Positions 20,196-31,279 of a stretch of 64,000 nt of DNA are shown here, one piece after another. The stretch is from an uncultured delta proteobacterium (lineage in GTDB: Bacteria > Myxococcota > Myxococcia > Myxococcales > Myxococcaceae): the NCBI GenBank assembly GCA_963796055.1, contig CAWCKH010000004.1, positions 3,232,001-3,296,000 of the forward strand. The letters run 5' to 3'. Numbering within the stretch: the stretch's first letter is position 1; each line of letters begins with the position of its first letter. The notes under the pieces were generated by a model. That model was given only the letters and a program-made list of their open reading frames with translations. It did no database searches and was not told the origin of the DNA. The translations under genes and the position numbers were made by a program.

Positions 20196-20785
20196 TGGCC
20201 GCGCCGGTCCCCCGCGCCCCGGAGCTGGACGAGGAGACGCTGCAGCGGCTGATGTTCCGCAAGGCGCTGACGCGCAAGAAGCGCATGGAGCGCGAGATCG
20301 CCGGCGAGATCCACGAGCTCAACATCACCGCGATGATGGACATGATGACCATCATCCTGGTGTTCCTCCTCAAGTCCTACGCCGCCTCCGCCATCTCGCT
20401 GACCCAGAGCGAGGACGTGAAGCCCCCCATCTCCAGCACCCGGGCGGTACCGAAGGACACGGTGGCAGTGACCATCACCCCCCGGGACATCCTGGTCGGT
20501 GACCGAGTGGTCGTGCCCCTCGAGAATGGGCAGATTCCCGCCTCGATGCTCCAGGGGCGGCTGGTGGTTCCGCTGGACAATGCGCTTCGCCGCGAGGTGG
20601 AGAAGCTGAAGCTCATCGCCTCGCGAAACCCCTCCGCCCCGTTCAGCCGCGAGCTGTCGGTCATCGGTGACCGGAAGATTCCCTACGACCTGCTGCTGAC
20701 CGTGCTCTACACCGCCGGTCAGGCCGAGCTGGAGAACTACCGGTTCGTGGTGCTCCAGAAGGGCGAGGGCAGCGAGAGCGGGTAA
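20195..20785 (+). CDS. ExbD/TolR family subunit 2 (AglS-like)
   Basis: ELNITAMMDMMTIILVFLLKS with the TM Asp; IGDRKIPYDLLLTVLYTAGQA. TGATG coupling to the previous gene. Confidence 0.88.
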   Translation: MAAPVPRAPELDEETLQRLMFRKALTRKKRMEREIAGEIHELNITAMMDMMTIILVFLLKSYAASAISLTQSEDVKPPISSTRAVPKDTVAVTITPRDILVGDRVVVPLENGQIPASMLQGRLVVPLDNALRREVEKLKLIASRNPSAPFSRELSVIGDRKIPYDLLLTVLYTAGQAELENYRFVVLQKGEGSESG

Positions 20786-20801
20786 CCCGGGGCTCAGCGG
20801 C

Positions 20802-21185
20802 TCACAGGGAAGGTCGGGGGGCGTTCCCGCGCAGCGACAGCTCCCGAAGCTCCTCGTCCTCCTGGCAGCGGAGGGTGAAGGGCAGGGCACGGAGCCGCTC
20901 GATGGGGATGTCCTGGCCGCAGTCGACGCACTTGCCGTACCGGCCGGCGTCCATCCGACCGATCGCGGCGTCGATCTGGATCACCTCGCGGCGGGCGCTT
21001 TCCGACAGGGTGGTGAGCACGTCGTCGGCGAGCTTGTTCTGCGCGCCCTCCTCGTACTCGGGCTGGCGGTCCTGGGAATGGAGGGCCCGCAGCTCGTCCT
21101 GCTCCACCTGCTGCGTCTCGAGCAGCACCCGGCGGCGTTCGGTCAGCATCCGGTGCAGCTCGTCGTCGGCGGCGAAACGGTCCAT
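20802..21185 (-). CDS. TraR/DksA family transcription factor
   Basis: Coiled coil followed by IDAAIGRMDAGRYGKCVDCGQDIPIERLRALPFTLRC. ATG at 21185. Confidence 0.87.
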   Translation of the reverse strand: MDRFAADDELHRMLTERRRVLLETQQVEQDELRALHSQDRQPEYEEGAQNKLADDVLTTLSESARREVIQIDAAIGRMDAGRYGKCVDCGQDIPIERLRALPFTLRCQEDEELRELSLRGNAPRPSL

Positions 21186-21270
21186 GGCCGACCAAGGTAA
21201 GTCCGGCCTCCGGGGGTGAAACCCCCCGTGGGGGTTGCAGCGAGCGCCCCGTTGGGTCAGGAGAGCAGGC

Positions 21271-22600
21271 ATGGAACCGGTCACGGTCGTTGGCGCGGGG
21301 CTCGCCGGGAGCGAATGCGCGGTGCAGCTCGCCCGCCGGGGCGTCCCCGTCCGGCTGTGGGAGATGAAGCCCCTGCGCCGGAGCCCCGCCCACCGCACCG
21401 ACGGGCCGGCGGAGCTGGTGTGCAGCAACAGCTTCCGCTCGGACAGTCCGGACACGCCCATCGGGCTGCTCCACGCCGAGCTCCGCCGCCTCGGCTCGGT
21501 CATCCTCGCCGAGGCGGACCAGGCCCGGGTGCCGGCGGGGGAAGCCCTGGCCGTCGACCGCGAGCGGTTCTCGGCCGGAGTGGAGCGGGCGCTCGCCTCC
21601 GCCGCGGGACTCGAGCGGGTGGTGGGCGAGGTGGAGTTGCTGCCGGCAGGCGACGTGGTGGTGGCCACCGGCCCGCTGACCTCCGAGGCGCTGACCCGGG
21701 CGCTCTCCGGCCGGACGGGCGACAAGCTCTACTTCTACGACTCGATCGCCCCCATCGTGGCCGCGGACTCGGTGGACGAGGCGGTCGCCTTCCGGGCGAG
21801 CCGCTGGGGGAGAGGCGATGGTGCGGACTACCTCAACCTGCCCCTCGGCGAGTCGGAGTACCGGGCCTTCGTGCGCTCGCTGCTCACGGCGGAGAAGGTG
21901 GTGCCGCACGCCTTCGAGGAGCCCCGGTACTTCGAGGGCTGTCTTCCCATCGAGGTGATGGCGGAGCGCGGGGAAGAGACGCTGGCGCATGGCCCGATGA
22001 AGCCGGTGGGGCTGGAGGATCCACGGACCGGGCGCCGCCCGTACGCGGTGGTGCAGCTCCGTCAGGAGGACCTGGGGGGCACCGCGTACAACCTGGTGGG
22101 GTTCCAGACCCGGCTGACCTGGCCGGAGCAGCGGCGGGTGTTCCGGACCCTGCCCGGCCTCGGCAACGCCGAGTTCCTGCGCATGGGACAGATCCACCGG
22201 AACACGTTCATCGACGCGCCGCGGCTCCTCGGGTCCGACCTGTCGCTCCGGGCCGAGCCGCGGGTGTGGTTCGCGGGGCAGATCTCCGGGGTGGAGGGCT
22301 ACGTGGAATCGGCGGCCTCGGGGTTTCTCGTGGCTCTGGCGGTGGTCGGCCCGTCGGCAGGGTAGACCCTTCGCTCCGCCGCCAGCGGAGACGGCGCTGG
22401 GCGCGCTCTACCGGCATGTGACGGGGGCGGCGCACCCACCCGGCACCGAGTACCAGCCGTCGAACGTGACGTTCGGGCTGTTTCCGCCCCTGCCTGGCCG
22501 CGTCCCGAAGTCCGGACGCCGCGAGGCCCACGCCGCGCGCGCCCGCGCCGCCCTTCGCTCTTGGACCGCAGGGGCGGACCCGGCGGTGGTGGCCCGGTGA
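21271..22600 (+). CDS. trmFO: Methylenetetrahydrofolate-tRNA-(uracil-5)-methyltransferase TrmFO (Gid); apparent +1 frameshift at ~22348
   Basis: [59 protein letters not shown]. Removing one base near 22348 restores [16 protein letters not shown]...[14 protein letters not shown] through to the stop at 22600. Confidence 0.93.
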
Positions 22601-24171
22601 GGGCGGTCACGCGGGGGACCCTCGGGCTCGTGGCGCTGGCCTGCGCCCTGGCGGGCTGCAGCAAGAGCGGACAGCCGGCCCAGGTGGAGAAGCCGCTGGT
22701 GGGCGGCCTCGGCAAGCGGCTCGCCGCGGGACCGGTCGCGGACCTCAAGCTCACCAAGGACGGCGCCCACGCCACGTTCCTCCGCAACCCCCGGCGCCCT
22801 GCCATCCAGGGCGTGTCGCCGCTGATGGCCCTGGGCGAGCTCGGAGTCGCCTCCTTGAGGGACGGAGTGGTCCGCTTCGTGGGCCAGGGCGTCTCCAACC
22901 GGCCGGGCAGCGTCCTGTTCAGCCCCGACGCGCACTGGCTGTTCTTCGTGGACGGCTACAACACCGCGGCCGAGTCCGGCACCCTGCACACCTTGCAGCT
23001 CGGGTCCGCGGCCGAGCCCGAGCTCCGCGGCCGCGCCGTCTCCTTCGTCGCCGTCAGCCCCACCGGCAACGCCTTCGCCTTCGTCGACGACGGGGTCCTG
23101 CGGGTCGCCCCGCTCCAGGCCGGCAGCAGCGCCCGCGCCGTCGCCACGGAGGTCTCCACCGCCCAGTTCACCCCCGACGGCTCGCTGCTGCTCGTGCACC
23201 ACCGCGCCTCCGCCGGTGGGACGCTGGAGCGGGTCGCGGTCGACGGCAACCGGCCGTCGGTCCGGCTCGGCGATTCGGTGGGCGACTGGACCCTCGCCCC
23301 GGACGGCAAGCGGGTGGCGTTCGCGGTGAAGAGCAGCCTGGTGCGCGACGGCCGCGACCTGTGGGTGGCGCCTCTCCCCGACGGGAAACCCGCTCGGGTG
23401 GCCACCGGCACCGGGCCGTTCGCCTTCTCCCCGGATGGGGTGCAGCTGGCGCGCATCGAGCGAGAGAAGGCCTCGTCCATCGGAAATCTCGTGGTGGGCC
23501 CCTCCGCAGGGAGCAGCGGGCGAAAGATCGCCGAGCGGGTGGGCGACTTCTCCTTCGCCCCGGACGGGAAGGCCATCGCCGCGCTGGCCAACTACGACGA
23601 GCAGCAGAGATGGGGCCGGCTCATCTACGCGCCGTTCCCCGATGGCGAGCCGGTGGAGCTCGGCAAGCGGGTCACCACCTGGGTCTGGAGCCCGGACAAC
23701 GCGCACCTCGCCTTCAACCTTCGCATCTTCCAGCCGTTGCCCTCGGTGGACCTGTGGCTGTACAGGCGGGGGAAGCTGCCGGCTTCCGCGGTCATGGCCA
23801 ACGTCTACGGCTACGATTTTGGCCCGGGCGGCGCGCTGTACCTTCGGTCGGAATGCATCCGCGAGGCCCGGGCCTGCACCCTGGAGCGGCTCGACCCGAG
23901 CATCCCCGGTGGCAAGCCCACGCCCGTTCTCGAGGGCATCTTCGGATTTCGCCCCAGCGAGGCCGGGAACCGGATGCTGGTCACCTACGCCCGGACCGAC
24001 GCGGAGACGTACGACGTCGCCGTCCTCAATCTGAAGACCGGCACCCGGGTCACCCTGGAGGAGCGCATTCTCCTCCCCGCGCTCTTCGCCGACCCCGAGG
24101 GGAGCAGGGTCGTGTACCTCGTCTCGCAGGGCGAGCGGTCGGGTCTCTACGTGTGCGATCAGGTCCCCTGA
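22597..24171 (+). CDS. aglU: TolB/WD40-like beta-propeller lipoprotein, AglU-like gliding motility protein
   Basis: Lipobox LAGC and repeated FSPD/FTPDG/LAPDG/FSPDG/FAPDG/WSPD blades. Its position upstream of xerC-hslVU matches my recollection of Myxococcus aglU. Confidence 0.7.
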   Translation: MRAVTRGTLGLVALACALAGCSKSGQPAQVEKPLVGGLGKRLAAGPVADLKLTKDGAHATFLRNPRRPAIQGVSPLMALGELGVASLRDGVVRFVGQGVSNRPGSVLFSPDAHWLFFVDGYNTAAESGTLHTLQLGSAAEPELRGRAVSFVAVSPTGNAFAFVDDGVLRVAPLQAGSSARAVATEVSTAQFTPDGSLLLVHHRASAGGTLERVAVDGNRPSVRLGDSVGDWTLAPDGKRVAFAVKSSLVRDGRDLWVAPLPDGKPARVATGTGPFAFSPDGVQLARIEREKASSIGNLVVGPSAGSSGRKIAERVGDFSFAPDGKAIAALANYDEQQRWGRLIYAPFPDGEPVELGKRVTTWVWSPDNAHLAFNLRIFQPLPSVDLWLYRRGKLPASAVMANVYGYDFGPGGALYLRSECIREARACTLERLDPSIPGGKPTPVLEGIFGFRPSEAGNRMLVTYARTDAETYDVAVLNLKTGTRVTLEERILLPALFADPEGSRVVYLVSQGERSGLYVCDQVP

Positions 24172-24242
24172 GACCCCCGTCGCCCGCGCCGGGTGCCGGA
24201 ATCTCGCCCCGCTCCGGCGACGGTCCTAGGCTCCGGGCAGCG

Positions 24243-25136
24243 ATGCAGCACGCCTGGATCGACGCGTTCGGCGAGTCCCTGGCCCACGCCCGGGGCAGCT
24301 CCCCCCACACGGTGAAGGCGTACCTCAGCGACGTCCGGGCCTTCGCCCGGTACCTCGAGGGCGCCGGCCGCGACCTGGCCACCGCCGACCACGGCACCAT
24401 CCGTGGCTGGCTCGGGACACTGGCCGTCGACCATGCCGCGCGCAGCCGCGCCCGCGCGCTCGCCTCGGTCCGCGCCCTGTACCGGTATCTGGTGGTCACC
24501 GGCCGGGTGGCGTCGAACCCTGCCCGCACCGTCCGCAGCCCCAGGCTCCCCACGCGGCTGCCGCGGGTGCTCCCGGTGGACGAGGTGTTCGCGGTGCTCG
24601 CCGTTCCGGGCAAGGACGGGCCGCTCGGCCTCCGCGACCGGGCGCTCTTCGAGCTGCTCTACGGCTCGGGCCTCCGGGTCAGCGAGGCCTGTGGGCTGGA
24701 CATGGACGACCTCGAGTTGCGCGCGCGCACCGTCCGGGTGCTCGGCAAGGGCCGCAAGGAGCGCCTCTGCCCGATGAACCCGGGATGCGTGGCCGCGCTC
24801 CGTCGCTGGCTCGAGCGCCGCGGCGAGCTCCTCGCCCGGCCGGCCCCGGGTCAGGACCCGTCGGCGCTCTTCCTCAACCACCGCGGCGGCCGGCTCACCG
24901 CCCGCAGCGTCGCCCGGCACCTGGACCGCACCGTGTTCCAGCTCGCCCTGCAGCGGAAGGTGAGCCCGCACGCGCTGCGGCACTCGTTCGCCACCCACCT
25001 GCTCGCCGGAGGAGCGGACGTGCGCGTCATCCAGGAGCTCCTCGGACACGCCAGCCTGTCGACGACGCAGAGGTACACCCAGGTGAGCATCGAGCAGCTC
25101 CAGGCGGTGTACGACCGGACACATCCGCACGCCTGA
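24243..25136 (+). CDS. xerC: Tyrosine recombinase XerC
   Basis: [65 protein letters not shown]. It is in the conserved trmFO-xerC-hslVU context. Confidence 0.92.
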   Translation: MQHAWIDAFGESLAHARGSSPHTVKAYLSDVRAFARYLEGAGRDLATADHGTIRGWLGTLAVDHAARSRARALASVRALYRYLVVTGRVASNPARTVRSPRLPTRLPRVLPVDEVFAVLAVPGKDGPLGLRDRALFELLYGSGLRVSEACGLDMDDLELRARTVRVLGKGRKERLCPMNPGCVAALRRWLERRGELLARPAPGQDPSALFLNHRGGRLTARSVARHLDRTVFQLALQRKVSPHALRHSFATHLLAGGADVRVIQELLGHASLSTTQRYTQVSIEQLQAVYDRTHPHA

Positions 25137-25228
25137 GGGGCGGCTCCCCAATCGCCCCTGGACGACGAATCCGCACGCGGGGATGGAACGACGGCCACCT
25201 GGCTGTTACACCCGGCAGCAACCGGCCG

Positions 25229-25756
25229 ATGTTCCATGGAACGACTATTCTCTGCGTCCGGCGCGACGGCCGGGTGGTGCTCGGCGGCGATGGGCAGGTG
25301 ACGCTCGACAAGACGGTGATGAAGGCCAGCGCCCGGAAGGTGCGCCGGCTCGGCGACGGCCGGGTCCTCGCCGGGTTCGCCGGGAGCACCGCCGACGCCT
25401 TCACCCTGTTCGAGCGCTTCGAGGCGAAACTTCAAGAATACCAGCGCAACCTCGCCCGGGCCTGCGTGGAGCTGGGGAAGGACTGGCGCACCGACCGTTT
25501 CCTCCGCCGGCTGGAGGCACTCCTAGTCGTCGCCGACATCGAGCGGACCTTCGTCCTCAGCGGGGCAGGGGACGTCATCGAGCCCGACTTCGGGGCCGCG
25601 GCGGTGGGGTCGGGCGGGCCCTACGCGCTGGCCGCCGCCCGCGCCCTGCTCGATCACTCGACGCTGAGCGCCCGGCAGATCGCCGAGGTCTCGCTCGGCA
25701 TCGCCGCCGACACCTGCATCTACACCAACAAGAATCTCACCTTCGAGGAGCTGTGA
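25229..25756 (+). CDS. hslV: ATP-dependent protease peptidase subunit HslV
   Basis: [38 protein letters not shown]. Confidence 0.97.
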   Translation: MFHGTTILCVRRDGRVVLGGDGQVTLDKTVMKASARKVRRLGDGRVLAGFAGSTADAFTLFERFEAKLQEYQRNLARACVELGKDWRTDRFLRRLEALLVVADIERTFVLSGAGDVIEPDFGAAAVGSGGPYALAAARALLDHSTLSARQIAEVSLGIAADTCIYTNKNLTFEEL

Positions 25757-25761
25757 CAGCG

Positions 25762-27150
<1,389 letters not shown>

Positions 27151-27159
27151 TCGACCGCC

Positions 27160-28417
27160 ATGCCCATCCCGCAGACCGCCGTGCCCGGTGTCGAGCGACC
27201 ACTGCCCTCCAGGAACCGAGCGGTGATGGACCGGGCGCGCGCCCATCTGCTCCAGAACTACAGGCAGCAGCCCATCGTGCTCGAGCGCGGGGAGGGCACA
27301 CGGGTCTGGGACGCCGACGGCAACGTCTACCTGGACCTGCTCGGCGGAATCGCCACCTTGCCCTTCGGCCACTGCCACCCGGAGATCACCGCCGCGGCCA
27401 AGGCCCAGCTGGACCGTCTGTGGCACACCTCCAACGTCTTCTACACCGAGCCGCAGATCACCCTGGCCGAGCTGCTGACCTCGCTCTCGGGGCTGGACCG
27501 GGCCTTCTTCTGCAACTCGGGCGCAGAGGCCAACGAGGCGCTCCTCAAGCTGGCCCGGAAGGCGCAGCACGGGCGGGGACAGCCGGGCCGGTTCGAGTTC
27601 GTCTGCTTCGAGACCAGCTTCCACGGCCGGACCCTGGCGACGGTGACCGCCACCGGCCAGCCCAGGTACCAGAAGGGCTTCGAGCCGCTCCTGCCCGGCG
27701 TGGTCCACGTTCCCTACGGAGATCTCGGAAGCGGTGCGGAAGGCGGTGGGCCCGCGCACCGCCGCCATCCTCGTCGAGCCGGTGCAAGGCGAGGGGGGCG
27801 TGCGCGCCGCGCCCGAGGGTTTCCTCCGCGCGCTGCGCACCCTGGCCGACGACACCGGGGTTCTCCTCCTGGTCGACGAGGTGCAGACCGGGATGGGCCG
27901 CACCGGGAAGATGTTCGCCTTCCAGCACGAGGGCATCCGGCCCGACGGTTTCAGCCTCGCCAAGGGCCTGGCCAACGGCCTCCCCATCGGGGCCATGGTG
28001 TGCACCGAGGAGGCGGGGAAGGCGCTCGCGCCCGGGACGCACGGGAGCACCTTCGGCGGCAATCCGGTGGCCGCCGCGGCGGCCATCGCCACCGTCCGCC
28101 TCGCCAGTGACCCCCGGGTACTCTCCGGAAACCTGGAAAGAGGCGAGCACTTCGTCGACGGGGCGCGGGCGATGCAGGCCCGCCACCCGACCCTGGTAAA
28201 GGACGTGCGCGGCCGCGGACTGCTTCTCGGCGTCGAGCTGTCCTACGACGCCGGCCCGGTGGTCACCCGCTGCCGCGAGCGGGGGATGCTGTGCAACCTC
28301 GCCGGTGAGCGCACCGTCCGGTTCGCCCCCCCGTACATCGTCACCCTCGACGAGTTGGACGAGGGGCTGCGGATCCTCGAGGAGGCCGTGGTCGGTCTTG
28401 CCCCACGCGGGTCGTAG
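27160..28417 (+). CDS. argD: Acetylornithine aminotransferase ArgD (class III PLP enzyme); apparent +1 frameshift at ~27727
   Basis: FFCNSGAEANE and SFHGRT in the first ORF; EPVQGEGG, DEVQTGMGRTG, AKGLANG and HGSTFGGNP in the second. Removing one G of GG at 27727-27728 restores YGDLEAVRKAV. Confidence 0.9.
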
Positions 28418-28419
28418 GT

Positions 28420-28448
28420 TTGACCACCTCCCACAGCGCAGGTAGCGT
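28420..28448 (+). promoter_or_regulatory. Putative sigma70-type promoter for the J-protein/Hsp70 operon
   Basis: TTGACC-N17-TAGCGT, which fills most of the 48-bp gap between argD and the J gene. Confidence 0.55.
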
Positions 28449-28465
28449 CGAGGATCTCGCGTCCA

Positions 28466-29422
28466 GTGGGGAGCGAAGGTTTGCCCAGCGACACGGATCG
28501 CACCCAGCACGACGCCCTCGACGAAGCGGTGGACCTCCCGATGGACCGCAAGCGGGAGATCCTCGCCCGCGAGGCGCTGCTCGACCGCGATCACTGGACG
28601 GTGCTGGGCATCAAGCCCGGGGCGACGGCCGAGGCGGTGAAGCTGGCCTACTTCGATGCGAGCCGCATCTTTCACCCGGACCGGTACTACGGGAAGAACC
28701 TGGGCAGCTACCGCGCCCGGCTGGACCGGATCTTCCAGCGGCTGAGCGAGGCGCACGAGGCGCTCACCGAGGCGCTGCGCCATGCACCCCCGTCGGGGGC
28801 TGGCGCGACCCGGGTCGGACGGGGGAGCACCGCCGGGAGCCATTCGACCGCCGACCCCCGCGCCGACGAGCGCCGGGCCCGGCTGGCCCGGCACCCCTAT
28901 CTGGCGACGAAGGCCCGGGCCGCCACGCTGGTGGACGAGGCGCAGCGCCAGCTCAAGACCTCCCCGGACAAGGCGCTCCGGCTGCTCGAGAAGGCCAAGG
29001 CCCTGGGCGGGGTCGCGGGGAAGGAGCGCGCGCCGGCGCTGGAGACCGAGGCCAAGCAGCACCTGGCCAGCAAGCGCGCCGAGGACGAGATGCAGGCGGG
29101 GAGCGCCGCCGCGCACGACCATGACGCCGCCGCGGCCGCACACGCCTATTCCCGCGCCTCCAACCTCGACCCGGCGCGGGCAGACGCAGCGTACGAGGCG
29201 GCCCGCTGGATGATGAAGGCCGGGCACCCCCTGGCCGAGGCCCGAGGGTTCGCCCAGCGCGCGGTGTCGCTCCGGACTGACCACCTGCCGTCCCAGCTGC
29301 TTCTGGCGGAGATCTGCCTCCGGATGGGGATGGGCTCGGTGGCCCGCCGACATCTCGAGGCGGCGCTGAAGCTCGATCCCCGGAACGCCGAGGCCAAGGC
29401 GATGCTTCGTCAGGTACGCTAG
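28466..29422 (+). CDS. J-domain (DnaJ-like) protein with C-terminal TPRs
   Basis: HWTVLGIKPGATAEAVKLAYFDASRIFHPDRY (intact HPD), IFQRLSEAHEAL, and C-terminal TPR ALKLDPRNAEA. Confidence 0.87.
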   Translation: MGSEGLPSDTDRTQHDALDEAVDLPMDRKREILAREALLDRDHWTVLGIKPGATAEAVKLAYFDASRIFHPDRYYGKNLGSYRARLDRIFQRLSEAHEALTEALRHAPPSGAGATRVGRGSTAGSHSTADPRADERRARLARHPYLATKARAATLVDEAQRQLKTSPDKALRLLEKAKALGGVAGKERAPALETEAKQHLASKRAEDEMQAGSAAAHDHDAAAAAHAYSRASNLDPARADAAYEAARWMMKAGHPLAEARGFAQRAVSLRTDHLPSQLLLAEICLRMGMGSVARRHLEAALKLDPRNAEAKAMLRQVR

Positions 29423-29431
29423 CCCCCGAGG

Positions 29432-31279
29432 ATGGCAGAACAAGAGCCCGTCATCGGCATCGACCTCGGCACCACCAACAGCGTGGTGGCCATCGTCCAG
29501 GGCGGGCAGCCCCACGTCATCCGCAACCGGACCGGCCAGGCCCTGACCCCCTCGGTGGTGGCAGTGACCAGCGTCGGGAAGCGGCTGGTGGGCCAGCTGG
29601 CCAAGCGCCAGGCCATCACCAATCCCGAGAACACGGTCTACGCCAGCAAGCGGCTCATCGGCCGGAAGTTCAGCTCGGACCAGGTGCGCCGGGCGCGTGA
29701 GTCGCTGCCCTACCGCATCGTCTGCGGCGAGCACGACGACGTCCGGGTCCAGATGGGCGACAAGGCGGTCTCCCTTCCGGAGATCTCCGCCGCGGTGCTC
29801 CGGGAGCTGAAGCTCGACGCCGAGGCGTTCCTCGGCCGGCCGGTGAGCAAGGCGGTGGTGACCGTCCCCGCCTACTTCAACGACGGGCAGCGCCAGGCGA
29901 CCAAGGACGCGGGCCGCATCGCCGGACTGGACGTCCTCCGGATCCTCAACGAGCCCACCGCGGCGGCCCTGGCCTACGGGTTCGGCAAGCAGGTGACCGG
30001 GAAGATCGCGGTGTTCGACCTCGGCGGCGGCACCCTGGACGTCAGCGTGCTCGAGGTCGCCAAGGGCGTCTTCGACGTGGTGGCCACCGGGGGCGACACC
30101 TATCTGGGCGGAGAGGACTTCGACGGCCGGATCATCGAGATGCTGGTGATGAACTTCGCCAAGGAGCACGGGGTCGACCTGCGCAAGGAGCGCATGGCGC
30201 TGCAGCGGCTCAAGGACGCCTCCGAGCGGGCGAAGATCGAGCTGTCGGAGCTGCAGGACACCAACATCAACCTGCCCTTCCTCTACACCCCGCCCGGCGG
30301 CACCTCCGCCATCCACCTGCAGGCCAGCCTCAGCCGGAGCCGCTTCGAGGAGCTGACCCAGGACCTGGTGGAGCGCACGGTGGAGATCGCCGACAAGGTG
30401 CTCTCCGAGGCCCAGGTGCACCCTGACGAGCTCAGGGAGATCGTCCTGGTCGGCGGGATGACGCGCATGCCCGCGGTGCAGAAGGCGGTACGCCGGCACT
30501 TCCAGCGTGACCCGTCCAAGGGCGTGCACCCCGAGGAGGTGGTGGCGCTCGGCGCGGCGCTGCAGGCGGACGCGCTGATGCAGCCTTCCAGCCAGGTGCT
30601 GCTCCTGGACGTCACGCCCCAGAGCCTCGGCGTGGCCATCGCCGGCGGCTACGACCGGGTGCTCATCCCCAAGAACACCACCGTCCCCACCTCGGTGACC
30701 GAGACCTTCCACACCAGCCGCGACGGGCAGACCACGGTGAAGATCATGGTCCTGCAGGGAGAGAGCGAGCTGGCCCACCAGAACGAGCTGCTGGGCGAGT
30801 TCATCCTCTCCGGGCTCCGGCTGGCGCCCCGGGGCGAGGTGGAGATCGAGGTCACCTTCGAGATCAACTCCGAGGGCATCGTCTCGGTCTCGGCCCGCGA
30901 CAAGGAGACCGGGCTCGAGCAGTCCATCACCGTCACCGCCTCCGGCGGTCTCACCCCGGAGGAGCTGAAGAACATCCTCGAGCAGCAGGCGGACAGCATG
31001 CTCGAGGCGCGCATCTCCTCCGAGGTGGAGCAGAAGCGGAACGCGCTCACCAGCGCCGCGGCCGAGGTCTCGGCGCTCATCCCCCGGGTGCGGCAGCTCA
31101 CCGGGAGCAGCGAGTTCGGGCGCGAGGCGCTCCGCCGGGCCGAGGAGGTCATCGTCTCCGCCCGCGCCGCCGCCCAGGGCGAGGACCTGGCCGCCCTGAC
31201 CGACTGGGTGGACCAGCTGGAACGGACGCGGGTGCTCTTCGTGGGCGTGCTCGAGCGGCTGGGGGCCAGACCGCCGTGA
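29432..31279 (+). CDS. dnaK: Hsp70/DnaK family chaperone (paralog)
   Basis: IGIDLGTTNS, TVPAYFNDGQRQATKDAG, NEPTAAALAYG, DLGGGTLDVS, LGGEDFD, linker LLLDVTP, and a divergent C-terminal lid region. Confidence 0.9.
   Translation: MAEQEPVIGIDLGTTNSVVAIVQGGQPHVIRNRTGQALTPSVVAVTSVGKRLVGQLAKRQAITNPENTVYASKRLIGRKFSSDQVRRARESLPYRIVCGEHDDVRVQMGDKAVSLPEISAAVLRELKLDAEAFLGRPVSKAVVTVPAYFNDGQRQATKDAGRIAGLDVLRILNEPTAAALAYGFGKQVTGKIAVFDLGGGTLDVSVLEVAKGVFDVVATGGDTYLGGEDFDGRIIEMLVMNFAKEHGVDLRKERMALQRLKDASERAKIELSELQDTNINLPFLYTPPGGTSAIHLQASLSRSRFEELTQDLVERTVEIADKVLSEAQVHPDELREIVLVGGMTRMPAVQKAVRRHFQRDPSKGVHPEEVVALGAALQADALMQPSSQVLLLDVTPQSLGVAIAGGYDRVLIPKNTTVPTSVTETFHTSRDGQTTVKIMVLQGESELAHQNELLGEFILSGLRLAPRGEVEIEVTFEINSEGIVSVSARDKETGLEQSITVTASGGLTPEELKNILEQQADSMLEARISSEVEQKRNALTSAAAEVSALIPRVRQLTGSSEFGREALRRAEEVIVSARAAAQGEDLAALTDWVDQLERTRVLFVGVLERLGARPP

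Noticed and set aside
21219..21236. Inverted repeat AACCCCC-CGT-GGGGGTT between the divergent dksA-like gene and trmFO
   Set aside because: It is a short homopolymer-based stem with no U tract, too weak to call an operator or terminator.
24243..25136. Tyrosine recombinase as the integrase of a mobile element
   Set aside because: It has XerC length and motifs and sits in the housekeeping trmFO-xerC-hslVU context, with no att repeats or cargo genes.
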